Source: an uncultured Pseudomonadota bacterium
GTDB lineage: Bacteria; Oederibacteriota; Muellerivitia; Muellerivitales; Muellerivitaceae
DNA: 64,000 nt
NCBI GenBank assembly: GCA_963836235.1
Contig: CAWIIP010000002.1
Coordinates: forward strand, 704,001-768,000
Reading direction: 5' to 3'
Shown here piece by piece: positions 60,867 through 64,000 of this stretch. The position numbers and the translations under genes are program-made. Below the pieces are notes generated by a model. That model was given only the letters and a program-made list of their open reading frames with translations, searched no databases and had not been told where the DNA came from. Position 1 is the first letter of the stretch. Each line of letters starts with the position of its first letter.

Positions 60867-62345
60867 ATGAAATTACGAGTCTTGTTAATCAATCCCCCGC
60901 GGGTCAAAAACCTTCCGGTCGTGCGTGAGGAACGCTACGAACACCGGGACGTGGGTTCGGTTTATCCCCCTCTATCCATCCTCCAGGGCGCCGCTTCCCT
61001 TCGTCATGCCGGTTTCGACGTCAAGGTCATGGACGCCAACGGCTTCGACCTGAAACTGGAGCATGTCGGCCGCCTCTTGAGCGATTTTCAGCCCCACATG
61101 GTCGTGGCCCGCATGGCCTTCGACTGCCAGGAAGAGGACTTGAAGGTTTTGCAACTGGCCAAGGCCACCAACCCCAACTGCGTCACGGTTATCCGCAACA
61201 AGATCATCTCCGAGGTTCCCTGGTTCCTCGAGGATGTGGTCAAGAACCATCCCGAAATCGACCTTTACCTGATGGGTGAGCTGGACGCCATCCTGCCGTC
61301 CCTGGCCAAGCGGCTGGAATCCGAATTAAGCCCCATGGGCAACATGCCACCCAAATCCAACAGCTGGTTTTCCGGCATCAACGGCCTGACCTACTACACC
61401 GAAAAAGAGGGAATGGTGAAGACCCCTCCCCCGATGCTGATGGACGTGAGCATGGCCCCCTTCCCAGCCTACGACATGTTGCCCTCGATCGCCCCTTACC
61501 ACACGGGGGTCTTCCAAGACCATTTCGTGATGATCCAGACTTCTAGGGGCTGTCCCTTCGGCTGTACCTTCTGCGCCTACGCTTTGGAAAAATACCGCCC
61601 CCGCCCCCACAAGCAAGTGGCGGAGGAATTGATTTGGCTGAAGGAAAACTTCGGCGCCAAGAACGTCCTCTTCTTTGATGACCTCTTAGCCTTGAACTCC
61701 GACCGCACCGCCGACCTGGCTGAGGCCTTAATTAAGGACGAAGTGAATATGGAATGGGTCTGCTGTACCCGGGCCAACCTGACCGACGTTCCCTCGCTGA
61801 AGATGATGCGCAAATCCGGCTGCCGTGAGCTGGCCGTGGGTATCGAAAGCGGAGACGAGGGTATCCTGGAACGCATCAACAAGGGCGTGAGCAAGGAAGA
61901 CATCGCCAAATGCGCCTCCGCCTGCAAGGAAGCGGACATTCTTTTCTACGGCATGACCATCTGCGGCCTGCCCGGCGAAACCGAGGAAACCTGGCGCCGC
62001 ACCATCAACTTCATCAAAGAAATCGACCCCTTCTATACCCAGTTCTGCTTTAGCACGCCCTTCCCCAACACCGAGATGTACCCCTTTTACGAGAAGAACG
62101 GCTACCTGAACCATAAGGATTGGTCGCAATATTCGCCCCTGGCCCCTACGCCGGTCATCCGCACCGAAGCCCTCACCACCCAGGATTTAATCCGCCTGCG
62201 CCGAGAAGCCTACCGTGAAGTGCTCTTCCGCCCCAAGTATCTGCTCTCCAAAATCCGTCTCACCGACCCCATGTGGAACCTCAAGGGCGGCTGGGAACTC
62301 GCCAAGCGCGGCGCCGCCGTGCTGACCGGGCGGGATGTTCGGTAA
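60867..62345 (+). CDS. B12-binding domain radical SAM protein
   Basis: LLINPP..YPPL, TSRGCPFGCTFC, FFDD, GIESG, TPFPNT. Confidence 0.92.
   Translation: MKLRVLLINPPRVKNLPVVREERYEHRDVGSVYPPLSILQGAASLRHAGFDVKVMDANGFDLKLEHVGRLLSDFQPHMVVARMAFDCQEEDLKVLQLAKATNPNCVTVIRNKIISEVPWFLEDVVKNHPEIDLYLMGELDAILPSLAKRLESELSPMGNMPPKSNSWFSGINGLTYYTEKEGMVKTPPPMLMDVSMAPFPAYDMLPSIAPYHTGVFQDHFVMIQTSRGCPFGCTFCAYALEKYRPRPHKQVAEELIWLKENFGAKNVLFFDDLLALNSDRTADLAEALIKDEVNMEWVCCTRANLTDVPSLKMMRKSGCRELAVGIESGDEGILERINKGVSKEDIAKCASACKEADILFYGMTICGLPGETEETWRRTINFIKEIDPFYTQFCFSTPFPNTEMYPFYEKNGYLNHKDWSQYSPLAPTPVIRTEALTTQDLIRLRREAYREVLFRPKYLLSKIRLTDPMWNLKGGWELAKRGAAVLTGRDVR
62283..62345 (+). repeat. Direct repeat copy 1 (3' end of radical SAM gene)
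   Basis: 63 bp, 56/63 identical to 63245-63307. Confidence 0.95.
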
Positions 62346-62428
62346 CTCAACCGTTGCTTTTGTAACTGGTCTATATTCCAGATGATTCCTTTCACAACCC
62401 TTACTCCGCACCGTGTTAAAATCCTCCC

Positions 62429-62977
62429 ATGAATGAACAGATAGAACTGATCAAACTCGTGGCCAGCCGCCTCGAAGAAGCCGGAATTTCTTACATGCTT
62501 ACCGGCTCAGCCGCTCTGGATTTCTACGCCACACCCCGCATGACGAGGGACATCGACTTAGTCGTGGAATTGAACCCCTCCGACACTCAAAAACTGCGTC
62601 AACTATTCTCGTCCGACTTTTATCTGGATGAACAAGCGGTAACGACGGCCGTTCAACAGCGGACTATGTTCAACGCCATTCACCAGGGATGGATGATCAA
62701 AGTTGATTTCATCGTTCGAAAAGATTTGGAATACCGGAAAGTCGAGTTTAATCGGCGCCAAGCCATGAAATTGCAGGACGGCTCAACTGTGTTTGTCGCG
62801 TCCCCCGAGGACCTGATTCTTTCCAAGCTGGACTGGTCGAAGGAAACTCACTCGGAAGTCCAGAAAAAGGACATCCGAAGCCTCCTGTCCTTAACTCCCG
62901 GCCTGGACTATACTTACCTCAAGAAATGGGCTTTAGCGCTGGGCGTTTCCAAGCAGCTTGAGGAGTTGAAACCGTGA
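62429..62977 (+). CDS. Pol-beta-superfamily nucleotidyltransferase (AbiEii/DUF6036-like)
   Basis: TGSAALDFYATPRMTRDIDLVV, KVDF, SPEDLILSKL. TGtTAAAAT lies 6 nt before the ATG, suggesting leaderless expression. Confidence 0.82.
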   Translation: MNEQIELIKLVASRLEEAGISYMLTGSAALDFYATPRMTRDIDLVVELNPSDTQKLRQLFSSDFYLDEQAVTTAVQQRTMFNAIHQGWMIKVDFIVRKDLEYRKVEFNRRQAMKLQDGSTVFVASPEDLILSKLDWSKETHSEVQKKDIRSLLSLTPGLDYTYLKKWALALGVSKQLEELKP

Positions 62978-63234
62978 CCGACACATCCCCCGAAATCGAA
63001 ACCGTTTGGCTGGAAATGTGGAAAAAAGTCCCACCTGCGGAGCGTTTTCGGATGGGATGCGAGATGTTTTCAACCGCCAAGGAGCTTGCCCTGGTCGGCA
63101 TTCGCAAGGAACTCGGCCGGGACGACCCGAAGGAGATGCGCCATAGGCTTTTCATGAGGTTTTATGGAGCCGATTTCACCCCGGAAGAATCGGCGCGGAT
63201 ACTGCAACACCTGGATAAAACCAACCCAGTTTAA
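62974..63234 (+). CDS. Small helical partner protein (putative antitoxin-like)
   Basis: 86 aa, MTDTSPEIE...PAERFRMGCEMF...LFMRFYG; GTGA overlap with the NTase stop. Confidence 0.75.
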   Translation: MTDTSPEIETVWLEMWKKVPPAERFRMGCEMFSTAKELALVGIRKELGRDDPKEMRHRLFMRFYGADFTPEESARILQHLDKTNPV

Positions 63235-63244
63235 TTTCGGACGA

Positions 63245-63307
63245 AAGGGTGGCTGGGAACTCGCAAAGCGCGGCGCTGCCGTCTTGACGGGGCGGGATGT
63301 TCGATAA
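63245..63307 (+). repeat. Direct repeat copy 2 (orphan radical SAM 3' end)
   Basis: Encodes the same KGGWELAKRGAAVLTGRDVR* with 7 synonymous changes. Confidence 0.95.
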
Positions 63308-63398
63308 ATCCTTATCTTCATTCTTTTAAAACAAATCAAACCAATAACTAAAACCATATTTTTGTTTTGTTATAATCTGATTTTCAATAAGGAGCCCT

Positions 63399-64000
63399 AT
63401 GCAACCCCCAAGCCCAAAACCGTATTCCATTAACGATTTCATCGAATGGTATGCCCGCGGAGAGATTGTTTTATCCCCCAAATATCAAAGAAGGGCTGTT
63501 TGGTCAGAAAAAGCTCAGTCTTATCTCATGGATACAATAGTTAGAGGCTTTCCCATTCCAAAAATCTTCATTCGACATGACGTAAATATGACCACCAAAA
63601 AGTCATACCGAGAAATCGTCGATGGACAACAACGCATCAGAACCATTTTGTCATTTATAAAAGATGGTTTCAAAATTATGAAAGTTCACAATAAGGATTT
63701 CGGCGGTTTATATTTCAGTGAATTGCCGGGACCAATTCAAAAAAAGATTTTGATATACGACATATCCGTGGATGTTCTAAACGAAGCGACCGACGCAGAA
63801 ATATTAGAGATGTTCGCTCGCATCAACACCTACACGGTAGTTCTCAAAAAACAGGAACTGCTAAACGCAAATTATTTTGGCCATTTCAAAACCGCAGCTT
63901 ATTCATTGGGATTTGAATTTTCCAAATTTTATCTTGCCAACAAAATCCTTAAAGAAAAAGACATCACGAGAATGGCTGAGGCTGAATTAACATCGGAGTT
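63399..64000 (+). CDS. DUF262 (GmrS/ParB-like) domain protein, runs off the window end
   Basis: Manual translation MQPPSPKPYSINDF...PKYQRRAVW...GFPIPKIF...IVDGQQR...MFARINT shows the QR, DGQQR and FxxxN motifs. Preceded by TGtTATAAT (63368-63376) and an AAGGAG RBS; AT-rich. Confidence 0.9.
   Translation, partial: MQPPSPKPYSINDFIEWYARGEIVLSPKYQRRAVWSEKAQSYLMDTIVRGFPIPKIFIRHDVNMTTKKSYREIVDGQQRIRTILSFIKDGFKIMKVHNKDFGGLYFSELPGPIQKKILIYDISVDVLNEATDAEILEMFARINTYTVVLKKQELLNANYFGHFKTAAYSLGFEFSKFYLANKILKEKDITRMAEAELTSE

Overview
Bacterial chromosomal window, probably from a diderm (it encodes a PilQ secretin and a GT9 heptosyltransferase-like enzyme). Left to right it holds: tRNA-fMet and tRNA-Leu; ftsB; two roadblock/LC7 proteins, one fused to TPRs; aroB-aroK-aroC; a type IVa pilus cluster (pilB-pilT-pilC-pilin-pilMNOPQ); aroE-rsmE-dnaJ; a ferredoxin; an intact IS30 inserted in the last codons of an alpha/beta hydrolase; thiC, a ThiD2-like gene and a ComB-like gene; accC-accB-efp; a glycan-modification locus (asnB, two GT4, a GT-C-like membrane protein, an unlisted Trm112 gene and a methyltransferase); an Anbu-type operon; a HemD-HemE fusion with hemH and hemY; a 1065-aa Thr/Pro-rich surface protein; lemA; a DksA/TraR gene; an NHL protein; three B12-binding radical SAM genes with a UDP-glucuronate decarboxylase; and a defence-type cassette region. 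The most striking observation is a 63-bp duplication of the last radical SAM gene's 3' end (62283-62345 and 63245-63307), with seven differences that are all synonymous. It brackets a nucleotidyltransferase/small-protein pair and is followed by a DUF262 gene, suggesting a gene-end cassette-capture site. Also notable are a smooth AT-to-GC gradient through core genes, an atypical CX12CX2C radical SAM motif, and several families of intergenic repeat hairpins. All calls come from motif recognition by eye; no database search was run.
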